Positions 41,044-54,327 of a DNA stretch of 64,000 bases are shown here, one piece after another (the stretch's first letter is position 1; each line of letters begins with the position of its first letter). The translations under genes and the position numbers were made by a program. The stretch is taken from contig CM102286.1 in NCBI GenBank assembly GCA_046563655.1, positions 3,658,001-3,722,000 of the forward strand, read 5' to 3'. The stretch is from Yuukianura sp. NJ FZ-2021 (lineage: Eukaryota). The notes under the pieces were generated by a model, which worked only from the letters and a program-made list of their open reading frames with translations, was not told the DNA's origin and did not search any database.

Positions 41044-42234
41044 GGAAGGAGATTCAATAGAAAAGGCGATTTTAAGCCCAAAATCCTTAGCCCGTCAAAG
41101 TCGAGTCCCGAGACAAGCCAAAGTCCGAAATTCAATTGAAATGACAGACTCGACTTTGGCGGGCTTGAAATTTAGCCCAGACCAAAGACAAGTCAGAGTC
41201 CGGCCTCAGTCTCAAGTTTTCAATAACTCTTGATTTTCAAATTTCCCAAGCGGGAAATTTGAAAATCGAGCATGTATTTAAATATATATTAAGGTATATT
41301 AAATATATATTAAGGGTATTTAAATATATTCTTGTTAGTTTATCGTCGTCTCGGAGAAAGCAGTTTGTTGTCTTGCTTAGGACGTCAAAAAGAATTAGAT
41401 TATATCACCTATATGGATATATTCATGATATATCATGCGTGCATACGATATATACTATATAAAATGGTATATCGGGCATATATCATTCATATATCATAGA
41501 TATGTCACACCTATATCCTTGATATATCATGTATATAGATATATCCATGATATATTATGCGTGCATAAAATATATACTATATAAAATGGTTTTTGGGGCA
41601 TATATCATTTATATATCATGGATATATCAGGCCTATATTATGGATATATCGTTTATACGGATATATGGATGATATATCACGCATGCATACTTATATTATA
41701 TACAGAATACGTATAACATTGCATTATATGCATAATATATCTATAACAGCAATATGTATACTTATATTACTTGCATATATGCATAATATTAGTATGTAGA
41801 CTTATATTGCTTGCATATATGCATAATATCATTATGCACACTTATATTATATGCATATATGCATTATGTCAATTACAATATGCTTTTACCCATATGAATT
41901 TCTAGAAGTGTTAAAGTATTATAATTAATGCAGGTTTTCATTTAGAAAATTAAAAAAGTAAGTACAAAAGGGCGAAAGAGCATGCTTAGACAATGCTAGG
42001 CCTACTCTCGAGTAAGCCTGGGAAAGTCTTAGACTTTGACCAGTTAGAAAGTCTATTGAATTCACGGATTCAATTGACTTGGATTTTTCTGGACTCTGCC
42101 TTGGCTTTGTCTATGCTTTGGCTCAATTATTGGCTAAGTCTAAGGCTTAGTCTTAGACTTTGCCTTCTATTGACCGTACTTTGGGCTTGACTTTGGAAAT
42201 GACCAGACTCAGAACCTCTATTGAATCTCCTTCC
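41044..42234. mobile_element. Probable degenerate TIR element with an AT-rich (ATAT/TATGCATA) low-complexity core
   Basis: Perfect 18-bp inverted repeat GGAAGGAGATTCAATAGA (41044-41061 and 42217-42234). Mirrored AAGTC/GACTT-rich subterminal regions and a repetitive core at about 41270-41890. No TSD identified. Confidence 0.55.
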
Positions 42235-42730
42235 AGGATCTTGAATTTGGTGTGACAAAAGTGTTTGAGATGAAATCTCAATTAATCGCAAACCACGAGC
42301 GGAAACCACACTTTTGCTAAACATCGTTTTCTTTTTATTGCTCCAAATCATTGCAAATTATGAAGGCAGTAATGTTACTCTTGTTAGTGTCTGTTTTTTT
42401 TTTGCATTTTGGAATTTTTTTGTCAAAAGCTCGTCGCTTTCATACGTTTCTGGATGGAACACAAATAGGAAGAAAATCGTCAAAAGACCCAAATAGAAAG
42501 AAAATAGAATATAGGCATAAAAACTACCCAAAAGCCCAAAGCTACATTTTCCCAAAGCTACATTTCTAAATCTTATTTTCTTTTCTACCTCAACCAAATG
42601 GAAGTATTGCAAGCTTTAAATCTTTAAATCGATGCAGATTTCAATGATTACACTACTTTTGAACCTATTTATTTTTTTAGTCAAAATTGTTTGCGGCGCA
42701 ACGTTTCAAAATGTTTTTCAAGAATGGCCA

Positions 42731-44140
42731 TTATGGTGTTTTCCTTGTACCGCCGTGTCTGATTGGAAGTTCGCTTCGTGGTATAATGGTGTCCAGAAAA
42801 TCCCAGCCTAACTTATTTGAATCATAAATTTTGAATGCCCGCTTTGTTCCGGGTGACATCACGCCTCGAGCTAAGATAGAAATTGATTTGAAAATTGGTT
42901 TTCAAAGGTATTTTTCTTAATTTACATGTTAAAAACAAGGTATAATATTGAAAATGCAAACTCTACCTATGTCTGCAATAGCTGTGTAACTTCTTGGCGC
43001 TGTTATAGAATTTCACAGTTAATTCATAGCTAAGAGTAACTAATTTACTACTATGTCTAAGTTGTAATTAATACTAACCGTTTATATTGATGATGAAACG
43101 TGTGGATCCTGTGAAGTAATTTTCGTACTTTCCAATGTAATCAACGTAGAAGGGAATGCCTAAAATTAAAACGACCAATTGTAAACGTTTGCTTGTTCCA
43201 TTTGTTTGATTTCTGTGTTAATACTTTAAATTCCTGTTCTTACCAAAAGATTAAATCCAAATATTAAACATACTAAAGGTCAAAAACTTACAAGCTAGGC
43301 AACCCTGTTTTTTCAATGTGAAGCCATTGAAGTTTCCAAAGAGAATCCACTGGTTGGCCTCTGGTTTCGTTTTTTGAATTTCAGCGGATTTGTTTACGGC
43401 AGTCTCCATCATTTTTACCAAATGACGGTTGAGCAAGTCAAGTTTACCAGCCAGAGATACACGTCGAATATCCCAAGTTTGAAAGTCGATTGTAATGACT
43501 ATGGAAAGGTCAAGAGTTCAATCGGGCAATGTTTCAGCACTTTCTTCAATTCTCAAATGTAATTATGTACCAGGATTTCCCAAACTGTCTCGTGAGCTAA
43601 TATCGTATTTTACATGTTTGTGTACAAACGGAACTTCTTCGGTCAAAATGTTATCAATACCATTGTCCTTTCGCCATTTGATTGCCTGGAATTTAGTATG
43701 TCGTAAAATATTTAAAAAAAACGTTCTGTAATTAAAAAATATTTAAAAAAAATTTTTGTTTTTATTTACTTTGAGCAACTTTTGCTTTGCTTCCGCAACG
43801 TCAAACTCTCGATCTGTAAATTCATTGTTGAAGCCGTCAAATTTTCATGAAAAAGTTCCTTATCAATACGATGAGCTTTTCGTATGCTACCTTCTAACCA
43901 CCGCAGTAGGAACGCGTCGGTGCGCATGTACGGAAGGTAAAGTTCATTTTGAACAAGCGTTCGCAACTAGAAATAGTTTCAAGGTTACCAAGATGTCGTG
44001 TAGCTCAAAAAAAGACAGTTAAAATTTACAATGTTTGAATTTCTGACCTCATCGATTGATTTCTGTTGTGATGAAGGGAGAGTAAGTGCTTTAATTTGCC
44101 AAGAAAAACAAAACAGCAAAACGAAAACACTAACATTCAT
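42731..44140 (-). CDS. SEC14/CRAL-TRIO lipid-binding protein with an N-terminal signal peptide and no GOLD domain, 8 exons
   Basis: Exon peptides MNVSVFVLLFCFSWQIKAL..., DAFLLRWLE, FDVAEAKQKLLK, AIKWRKDNGIDNIL, YENYFTG...ININAP, IPRSELPIRHGGT...TP*. Confidence 0.8.
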
Positions 44141-44705
44141 TATCGCGTTGTAATAAAAATTTGTGGACTGAACAACACATCTACTAATAAATTTTCTTAG
44201 TCGACTAATTTCTGGATATGACTATTTTGAGTAGAACGTGTTCGAAGTCTTAGTAATCAAAGTAATGGTGGGTCGTTTTTCCAAGGTGAGTTGGTTTGCT
44301 ATGAGGTTTAAAAAAATGTAACAATGTAGAAAAAATGTAAACGTGGAAACAAGTTTTACTGGTCGTATTTAGATATATTAGAACTACAGCTCACTCACGC
44401 GTTGTATGCTTTCGGAAAGAACTTAATTTGCAAACCAATTTAATATGTAGAACCACCATAATCGATCTGATGCTTCAAAATTAATTTCAAGTTCTTGTAA
44501 AACAAAAGAATTTTCAATTTTTAAAGGCGCAAATGCTACCATCCTTTACTGTTTCCAATTGGGAGAATTTGCTTTTTTAGAAAATGCAATTTCAATCTAC
44601 AGACATAAAAAAAATGAATGGAGAATCACCATTACTAGTATTATCAACAGAAGACGGCTTTTTCGAATTTTGTGAAAATTTGGAATGAGAAAAAGTGAAA
44701 GACGG

Positions 44706-47509
44706 TTAAATAAGAAGCACGTCTAGTGATTGATTCTCTGAAATGTTTTCAAAATGTTTCTGTGATACTGGTAACTTTGAATTTTGAATTTTGAGAGGTA
44801 CAATGGCTGCCTTCCAAGTTCCCCTGGAATTAAATTTCTCAGTTTTTGGAATTGTGTCAACTTCCAGATTTGTAGAATTCGTGCTAAGATTTGCCACTTC
44901 TTCCACCTTAACTGTTTGTGTATTGTACTTTCGCAGCATAATTTCCACAAGCATGCAACAGACTGTGATGGCAATACAAACTATGTAGACAAAAAATACA
45001 ATTCCAGTAGTAGTTTTCATACTAAGACGATTGACTAAACTGATGGTTATGTTTCGGCTGTTCATGTGGACTCTTCTAATGGCAGCACACTTTTGTACGG
45101 CGTTCTGGTAGACGTATACGCCAGATTCTGTGAACGCATGCGCAGGTTTTTGGAAAATACTTTTCAGAAAGTTGACAAAATGAATGTTATATCCAAGTAG
45201 ATACGCAGGAACGAGTTTCGAAATCTCTGAATCTTGCAATTTATATATCCCTTTATACGTCTCGGGATCCAACTTTGCGCGCAGAAGTAAAAGGTCAATG
45301 ACCTCCGTTGGCCGAATGTATGCAGTAGAACTGCACTGAAGTACAATATTCATAGATGCGCTTTTGTCAACAATTCCAGATACGCAGCTCGGCGGATGCA
45401 AGAATTTCACGAGTCTGAGCAAATTTGCTTCAGTTTGAGTTGATTCCGATTCAAACGCTTGACATTCCGCGATATTTTGAATGCTATTATTAACTGCGTG
45501 CAAAGTTTTTAAAAACTTAAGCTTCCTGAGCTTGCTGAACATTCCAAGCGCAATAAACGGAAAATCATAACTGTCGTAGCTTGTCGAATGAATCACAACG
45601 TCGTTCCGGCAGTCCGAGGCATTTGACGAACAACATTCCTTAAGTATTTCAAAAGATCTTGGTGTTGGTTCATAGTAAAACGAAAAATTGTTTCCGATTG
45701 CCCCAGCCACGGTAACCTGTCCCACCATGGCGAATGGCTTGATAATATCTGTAGTAACGAATCCTTTGTAAGTATTTGTGAGCACTAGAGCCATGACAAG
45801 AAATGAACCAAACCCAATTTGAAACCAGGCGCGAGACCTAAGTTTGCCTGAAATTCGTAGACAATGCTCCAAAAGGTAAGAAACCAAAAGGAGAATCATA
45901 GAGTCCGATTTGTCGTTTAGCAAAATAATGTCCAGCATTACAGCAAGTGGAAAAACAGTACAAAATAACAAAATCCAAACGGTCGATGTAAAGGGCTCAA
46001 CGTATTTCGGCAAACCTAGTTTTCGTACGAGTCCATCACAAGTTATAGCAGAGTGTGTTTGACTTCGGATCGGTACAAATATTTGTTCAGAATCTGCCAC
46101 ATAGCCTTTGTTCAGTGCGTTGTACTTGATACGTAATATAAACTTCGGTTTTCGTCCGCGAGGTTTTGAGTTCACTTCAACGCGACTGCGATTGAAGGCT
46201 TTCATAAGGAATTCGGCCAGCACAAGACAAATCGTCTCCTCCGTTGAGGATTCAGGAATACTCAAAAATCCAAGCAAATGTACATGCTGTTTGAATTGAC
46301 GTTCAAAGTTTGAGTTTAAAAACTCCTTAGAAAAACCTGAGAGCCAGAAATGATACATAAATGAGAACATGACTTTTTAATTAGCTTAAATTTTTAGCAA
46401 TTTTTTAGCTTAAATTTTGGAAACTTAATTTTTTTTTATTAGCTCCTTTACCTGTTGTTGCGTCAATCTTCAGCTGGATCCGAGGAATGATGCCGGTTTC
46501 AGGATTACTTAATTCATAATAGACCCTATGCGTAACGAGCGTTTGTTCATGTGCGGACTGAGTTGTTGACGTTTGTTTTACCATGTACATTATGATTGGA
46601 ATTACATCAAAGAAGCTGTTCTTCCGTGCGACCGAAACCATCCATGGGCCTGGAGTCCAAAAAAAGAATTCTCAATGACCTGATGAAATTTGCAGCTTGA
46701 CATTGTAAATGCGGTTGAAGTAAACTTGGATCCCCTGCCTGTCCTCACCCGTTCAAACTTTTGCGCAGCTATATTGTACCCACCAATTGTCCCCACCATG
46801 TGGATACAGTTGTTCCCACCACAACCAAAAACAGTACTATAATGGAGGCAGCACAGGGTGGGTACAGTGGAGGCAGCGCAAAAATTTGAACGGGTGGTGA
46901 CAGGCGGGGGATCCAAGTTTACTTCGACCGTATTTGCAATTTGAAAAACATGAAATGTTTAATTTACGTCCAAGCTGACCACTTACTCCATTTGTGAAAA
47001 TCCGTAATGATAGCAGAAATAAAAATTCTAGACGGAAACAGAACCATGCTCAAGGCTTCGACTTCAAGATGAGCATATTTGACACGTTTGTCTTTATACC
47101 TAGTATTGCTCCAACGAGTTCTCAGGAAAAGGTGAGCGTCATTTATGTGGTTCGGTTCAGTGGTACCTAGCAAGTATATGGATACACATCGCAAATGTTT
47201 TTGAAGGAAATTGGTTTGAACCATATCACATACACCTTCTTTTGTCGAGTTTATAGTACCAGTTAATCTTGGATTTGGTTTACAAGATGGCGGAATGTCT
47301 TTGTAAATGTAAGTTGTGTTGGAAACAGCTACTGGGTAAGTGGCAGAAATAAAGTTGAGTACCTGAGGCTGATAGGATATGAGTTGGTTGTAACAACCTT
47401 CGGAGTGACCCAGAAAGAAATCCAGGTTCAAAAAAGCAGAATTGGCGAGTATTGGCAATAACAAGAAAACCAAACCTGCAAACTGAACGCAAGAATATGT
47501 TTGGATCAT
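44706..47509 (-). CDS. Divergent ionotropic receptor (IR)-like chemoreceptor, 3 exons
   Basis: Signal peptide. Exons at about 47509-46987, 46650-46452 and 46372-44706 join in phase. iGluR/IR-like landmarks: PFTSTVW (M1), LLEH, LVLTNTYKGFVTT (M2), FTESGVY, and a C-terminal M3 ending LVEI. Confidence 0.7.
46712..46930. mobile_element. Short palindromic MITE in intron 1 of the IR-like gene
   Basis: Imperfect ~55-bp TIRs CGGT(T/C)GAAGTAAACTTGGATCCCC...TTTTGCGC. TA on the right flank and TG on the left. Confidence 0.75.
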
Positions 47510-48861
47510 GGCTACTGGGATAGTGGTCGCTTTTATTTCATTCTTTTTAGAAATACAGGAACCCAAGTCGCCTTTATCTATAACTCAAAACATATCTTGA
47601 AAACTCGAAAATAGATGTTTCTTCTGAAAACTCAACAAAAAAAGAATTTTAAAACAATTTGAAAGTTCCTTCTGAAAGAAATTCTAGTCACGCAACGTCA
47701 ATTCTTATAGAAGTTGAAAGATATGATTTCAGTTTTAGATAAATGCGGCATGGGTTCCTAAAAATAGTTTTTAAAAACAATCGAACGATCGCAGGAACGA
47801 CCGTTCGTCCAGAACAAACTGTCCACTTGAAATATAAGCCACTCCGTTTAGTTCGACGTTCTCGTATGTAGATTGTTGGTCTAACTTTTTAAACTGTATA
47901 TTTTACCTAGCTTATGTCACCACCTTGTCATAAACAACCCAAAGATTCTAACACCTCTGGGAACCTTGAAAATTTTAATGACCGCTTCACTGTTTGAAAG
48001 GTACTATTATTTTTTAAAAAGTAATTTCAACTCTTCTGTTTCAAACCTTCAAATTATCTACCGCGTACCGTACATTCCATCGAAAATTTTAAATAAAATT
48101 ACTGCTTAAGGACATAGCCGCAATTCCGTGAAAATATTTAAGTGCTGCGAACCACAATTCTTGGGAACCACAATTTTCAGGTAGTAGCATATGTACAAAT
48201 AGTAGTACAAGTACAACGAATTTGTCATGGATTGTACAGCATTTTTGGTTTAAAAACCAGAGATGCATGTTGATGTGCCTAAATAGACTTTTAGTTAGAA
48301 ATACCTCATTGGCTGTAGTTTGCTTCAAAATTGAAAAATCAATTAACCAAAATATTGAGTTGACGAAAGTTCCAAAATTTAGATAGATTCGATGTAGCTA
48401 CAAAAAAAGTTCTAAACACACGCTATTAGACCTTTTATATTTTAATTGGCGTTCTAATTTTTAATTTTAGAGAAAGTCTGCGTTATTTTGTTCAAACAAA
48501 ACTGTTGTGTCAAAAGAGTAGGTGAACATCAAGGCTAAATACAATCTTTTCATCTTCTGTCTGATTTATGGTCCTCTTAATTTCGGTTTTCTTCAAAAAA
48601 CAATACAATCTGGATTCAGAATCAACATCAAATGAATCCCCATTCACTGTAGTTTTTGGTTGTAGTTTCCATTTAATTGAATAAATTTTGGCAATTCGTA
48701 ACAAACACAATATTAATGTAGTACACTTGTCACACTAATACATACATATGCTGCTATACATTTATTCAAGGACTGAAATATTTCTGTTGAGTTTCATCAC
48801 TACTTACATGTTTGTTTTTAATACGAGGTTTCAGTTGTGTTCCAAAGAGTGACCTGACGCC

Positions 48862-51800
48862 ATGTCCTGGCTTGGAGGTATCAAACTCAAACCTACGGCG
48901 AAGGACGCTAAGGGCCCAGAAGCAGCGGGATTTAGCGTTCAGTTGAAACCAGTTCAAAAAGATGCTCCGCCTGCCGTAAATCCTCTGCTAAACGTTAGTT
49001 TGAAGAAAGTTGTTAAAAATGCTCCCGAGAAAGCTCTATCTAAGCCAAGGGAGGAGGACAATTTGCTTTCACCTTTGACCTTTGAATTTGATGACAAAGT
49101 AACTACAAAGAAAATAGATGACCTCGCAGAGAAGCCAAAATTGAAGGAAAAAACCGAAGAACAACCAGGAGAAAATGTAAGTAAGCGAGTATAGTAATTT
49201 ATAAACGTTATTGGAACAAATAAGTTATTGGTCATACTTTTGTTTCAAATTTTGTTTTAGGAAAAGGGTTTAGCTGCTCAAAGTATCAAAAAAGAAGATC
49301 CGCAGAAAACTAATGGTAAATTGACAAAAACGATACTTTTATTTTAAAATATAAGGCACAGTTTTTTTCCTAATTTATGAATTTATACGACGGTCTCAGA
49401 CATATCTATTTTGCAGCTCCGGAGCCAGTCGTCACAAAAACGGCGGCGGGAAAACCGTTTATTATTGGAGACGGACTTCGAAATATTGTCGCTCGAAGAG
49501 GACAAATTGGAAAATTCGAAATCAAATTTGGTGGCAGGCCAGAGCCAAATTGTGCGAAGTGTTCCAATTGAGAATTTTTAAACATGCTAAATCGATGGTT
49601 TATACAAACATTAAAACTAAAATTGTATTCACCAAAATTGTAACTTAGGTACATGGAGCAGGGAGGGAGTAGATTTGGTTTCCGACGGGAAGAAGTACGT
49701 GGCTGAGTTTATTACGTTATGCCATTTTTTGTATAAAGTTGTTACTTTAGTTAATTTTTCTTTTCTTTCTCGTAGAATCAAAATCGAATCTTCTTTGGGA
49801 AAGTCATATATTACAATCCGTGATGCTGTTCGTGGTGATACAGCTATCTATAAAGCGACAATTTCAAATTCCAAGGGAACTTGTAACTCGGAAGCTGAAT
49901 TTGTCGTGCTCGATAAACCACCAACTCCCAAGGGCCCTCTCCTTGCAACCGAAATTCGTCCAACATCAATTGCCCTCAAATGGCAGAAGCCTGAAAGTAA
50001 CCTCATAAAATTTTTTTACTTAAAGTTACACATTCTTTGACGCATGATAGTAACTATTTGCCTTGTTAAATATTTAGGAACGAAAGACATGGACACCATC
50101 AGTGGATATATTTTGGGTATCTGGGACATATTTTAAATCATTTCGCTTTTATTGTTTTCTAAAAATTATCTGCTTGAAAAATTTACAGAGAAGCTTGACA
50201 TAAAAACTGGAAAGTGGACACGAGCTGGAATGGTGAGGATTTTTTGTCTACATCTCTTTGTATTTAAACAACGATTTTTCTCAACTTCAATTTTTAACTT
50301 CAGTGTGGGCCTTATGAAGACACTATAAAAGCGGAAAATCTTACGGCGAATACAACATATAAGTTTAGGATTAAAGCAGTGAACAAGGAAGGAGAGTCAG
50401 ATCCACTGGAATTAGATGATACCGTCACCACTTCGCACGCAACTGGTTTAGTTTTCACACATTTTTCTGAGTCAGAAAATGCAAGTTTTAACAGTTATGT
50501 AATTCAATTTTAGGTGAACTGTTCCCACCTGGTAAACCAAAAGTGACTTATGTCTCTGAAGACAGCGTAGACCTAGAATGGAAAAACGTTAGTTTCTACA
50601 ATTCTATGTTATATAATATTTTATCATATTATGTTCTTAATTTCAAGTTTAACAAATTCTGTTACATGCTCAAGTCAATTTTGATTGAATAGGCAGTAGA
50701 GGAAGGAGTACAAGCTGCAAAATTTGTTGTGCAAATGAAGAAAAAGGACGCTGAAGGATGGGCAGACGTAGCTGAGGTAACTGATGGATCACTCAAAGCA
50801 CATGTCACAGGATTGGAAGAAGATTTGACCTATGACTTTCGAATTTTGGCGGTAGATGTAAGTTTTCAGAAAGTTGAATAAGTAAGAGCTTGATATGTTC
50901 AGAAGCGACTGTTTTGTTCAGGACACTGGGCGTACAGAGCCATCTAAAGCGACTACAGCTGGTACGCAACTTTATTACAAAAATTTTTTGAGAAGATTTT
51001 CTGAGTATTGCCCAACATTTGTCGAATACAGCAAGAGCATCCGCTCCATCCATTGACAGATCAAACTTGGGGAAACGAGTAGTAGGTGAAGGCGAAATGA
51101 TATCATTGGAAATTGGGGTCAAAGGTTATCCACCTCCTGTATGTACTTGGACCTTCCGAGGCGCAGAAATTGAAAATGATCGAATGAAAGCCAATAATGA
51201 AGAAGACAACAAAGCCATTTTGATTGTCTACAAAGCTGATAGGCAAGACGCTGGAACTTATACGTTGAGGGCAGTCAACGATTCGGGAGAAGACGAAGTT
51301 ACTTTGGAATTTGTCGTAGCGTGTAAGCCTGGTCCACCCAGAGGCCCACTGGAGGCAAGTATTAAATTTGTACAGTATAACGATCATTTCCACTAATACT
51401 AAAATGAGCTAAAGATTTGAAATTTTGTTTAAAAATATTCCAAAACAGATACTAACGGCTGAAGACGGTGGTCACCATATTCTAACTTGGCAAAAGCCAG
51501 AAGATGGTCATAACAACACTTTACTTCATGATTGTCGTTTTATTTTCCAATATGTTTTGAAAATTTTTGAGTGCCAACACTTTTTCCCTCCCTATTAGAT
51601 GGCGGAAATGGCGAGGGAATTGTGTACAGAGTGTTCAAAAAGTCAACTTCAGCAACGGAGTGGGATGAAGTAGGAGAAACTGAGAACTTAGAAATGGATG
51701 TCACCGGCGTTCCGGAAGGGGAATCAGCTTTCTTCAAAGTACTTGCTTGGGTATACAAATTTCCATATTTAGATATTTCAATATGATAAATATTTGAATA

Positions 51801-53762
51801 TTTTAGAAAAGACATATTTTTATTTGATTTGTGTTAATTTGTACTTTTAGAATAGCCAAGGAGAATCTGACGGAATAGAAGCCGAAATTACAATCAAACG
51901 TCCAGTAAGACGAATTCTTAAAAATAAAAATGAATGTTGTCAAATGTGTCATTTCTTAGGTACGTAAAGAATCTCAATGTAGCGTGCCCTTAAAAGCAGC
52001 TCGTATTGACTCTATGCTTGAAGATGTAACGGTAGAAGAGGGTGACGATATATGCTTTTCAGCAGCATACAGTGGTGAACGTACGTGTATAAATCGTTGC
52101 ATTTGTATCATTTTCAAATATGCTGTTAACACTTGTAGCGCCTCCAACACTAACTTGGTATCACGGCAGCGAAGAAATTTTTCCATCGGAGATGACTACA
52201 ATATCAAACGACGGTAGGACTTCGACGCTTACAATTAAAAATGCTAAACCAGAACATCGCGGCACTTACACTCTGATAGCATCCAATTCTTCTGGAGAAG
52301 ATGAACTATCAGCTAGTGTCACTTTTATGAAGAAACCAATGGATCCGACAGATTTGACGGTAAATTTTGCAATAATGTATACAGCTAACGAGGAATATAT
52401 GCAGAATTTTTACGGTAAGATGTTGTAACAATCCGTAGGTTACCGAAACTGAAGGTGCAGATGGGGAATGTACGCTCGAGTGGAAACCGAACAGTCTTGG
52501 TATATTCATAATTTTTAATATCAGTTCGGTATGTAGATCTGTAACAACATCATTAACACCACTTTTTCTTTCCAAAGATGCTCCAACTCACTACCAAATA
52601 TTCAAGTGTCTTGAAGGAACTGAAGATTGGATGCCCATATCTCGAGTTCGGGAACCCAGAGCTGTAGTTAGCGGACTTCTGCCCAGTCAAATGTACAAGT
52701 TTCGCGTGTGTGCAATCAATCCGTACGGATCATCTAAAGGAATAGTAACCGAATACACCCCTGCAACTCGACAGCGAAAGGCTCTTCCTGAAGTCGAATT
52801 GCAAAAACCAAAATTTATACGAGAGTTGAGCTACGATTGCAATTTGTCTACCAAGGAGCTGGTATTGGAATGCGAAGCTACAAGTGACTCTTTGGTTACG
52901 CCACAATGGTTCAGAAATGGGCGGGAAATTAAGTATAATCCTCGATTTCGCTGGGAAGTCTATGGAGGGATTTACCGGCTTTACATATCAAAATTTGAGA
53001 GAATCGATGAAGGAGAATATACATGCCTGTTAACAAATTCTGCGGGAAAAAGCGAGTCTTCAACACGCGTGAGATGTGAAGACTTGAATTATCGACGGCG
53101 CAACTTCCAACAGCCGGATCCTATTCACTTGACTAACATCAACAGTTTCTTCTACGGTACACGTGGTACGTGCATCCAAAATACCGTAAAGGCTCTAGAA
53201 TAGCCGTGAACCGAATTTTGACAATATGTAGGATTATGTACAGGATGTCGTATATTCCACTACAAGTACCATTTGTTTTTTAACTTAGGATACCCGCACA
53301 CAGGGTCCTTGTACAAACCTACGCAGTGGCATCGCGCAAGAAATTTGTTTCAACGGATAGCATGTACAGTGGAGAATGAATTTGAGCCCTACTTTACATT
53401 TTGTCTGCGTCCACGTATTGTCCAGTACCGAGAAGATTCTTGTAAACTGACTTGTTGCATCAGCGGAAATCCCAAACCACATGTATTGTGAATATTTTAT
53501 AATATGTTGCCGTAGTTTGATTCGCCTTTTTATAATCAATTTTTTTGAAACGGTATTTCAGGTGACTTGGTATTTTGAATCACGTGAGCTGGATAAAATG
53601 GAATATAATATAACGTTTGTCGATGGTGTTGCGACTCTGCAAATCGAGGATTGTAAACCACAAGACTCTGGGGAATACCGTTGTGTCGCTAGTAATTCAA
53701 AAGGAAGTTGCGAAGGGAGTTGTGTAGTGGTAATTGAAAATCGCAAGAAAAAATACCGATAG
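48862..53762 (+). CDS. Twitchin/projectin/titin-like Ig-Fn3 muscle protein, short and without a kinase domain
   Basis: K/P/E-rich N-terminus, then about five Ig and four Fn3 domains (VLDKPPTPKGPL, YKFRIKAVNKEGESDPLE, DAGTYTLRAVNDSG, YKFRVCAINPYGSS, DSGEYRCVASNSKG) spread over many short exons. Stop at 53762. Confidence 0.85.
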
Positions 53763-54327
53763 GTGCAAATAAAATTTCAGTTTGAATGTGCGCCAAAATT
53801 GGAAGTTAGGTTTGAATCTGAAATGTAAAATTTAAATTCACTGCTTAGATATAATTTGAACAAATAAACGCTTCATCTAGCGTTAGATAAAAGATAAATT
53901 ATGTTAAATTCGTTTACACAAAAACTTTGAAGAGAGCGAGTAGTAAAAATTGATTTGCATTTGAGATCGTAGGCCTAATTTATGTGTTTTAAGCCTTCTT
54001 TCTTTTACTGAGAAACATAATAGACTGAGAAAGGATGAACTAATTAAAAATGAAACAACGTAAAGCCAAAAGCTATAATTTTATGGCATTAATTGGCGAG
54101 CGTTGCAAAATGTTATTTTCAGCAGGACGGGTTTCACAAGAATTTGATTTCTGCTTTTTTTGTGGCTAGGATTATGAAAGAACCTGCTATTTTGTTCTCG
54201 TTTTACTGGACTCAATGGATGCTTTTTAGTATTTATCAGTATAAGTGGTTTCAATACTCATTTAACGCACTTGTCTGGAGAAGTGAAATACTTACAAAGT
54301 ATTTTTTGACTCTTTTTGGTTAACAAA

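Noticed and set aside
41259..41799. Short Ile/Tyr-rich ORFs
   Set aside because: Low-complexity AT repeats with no coding signal.
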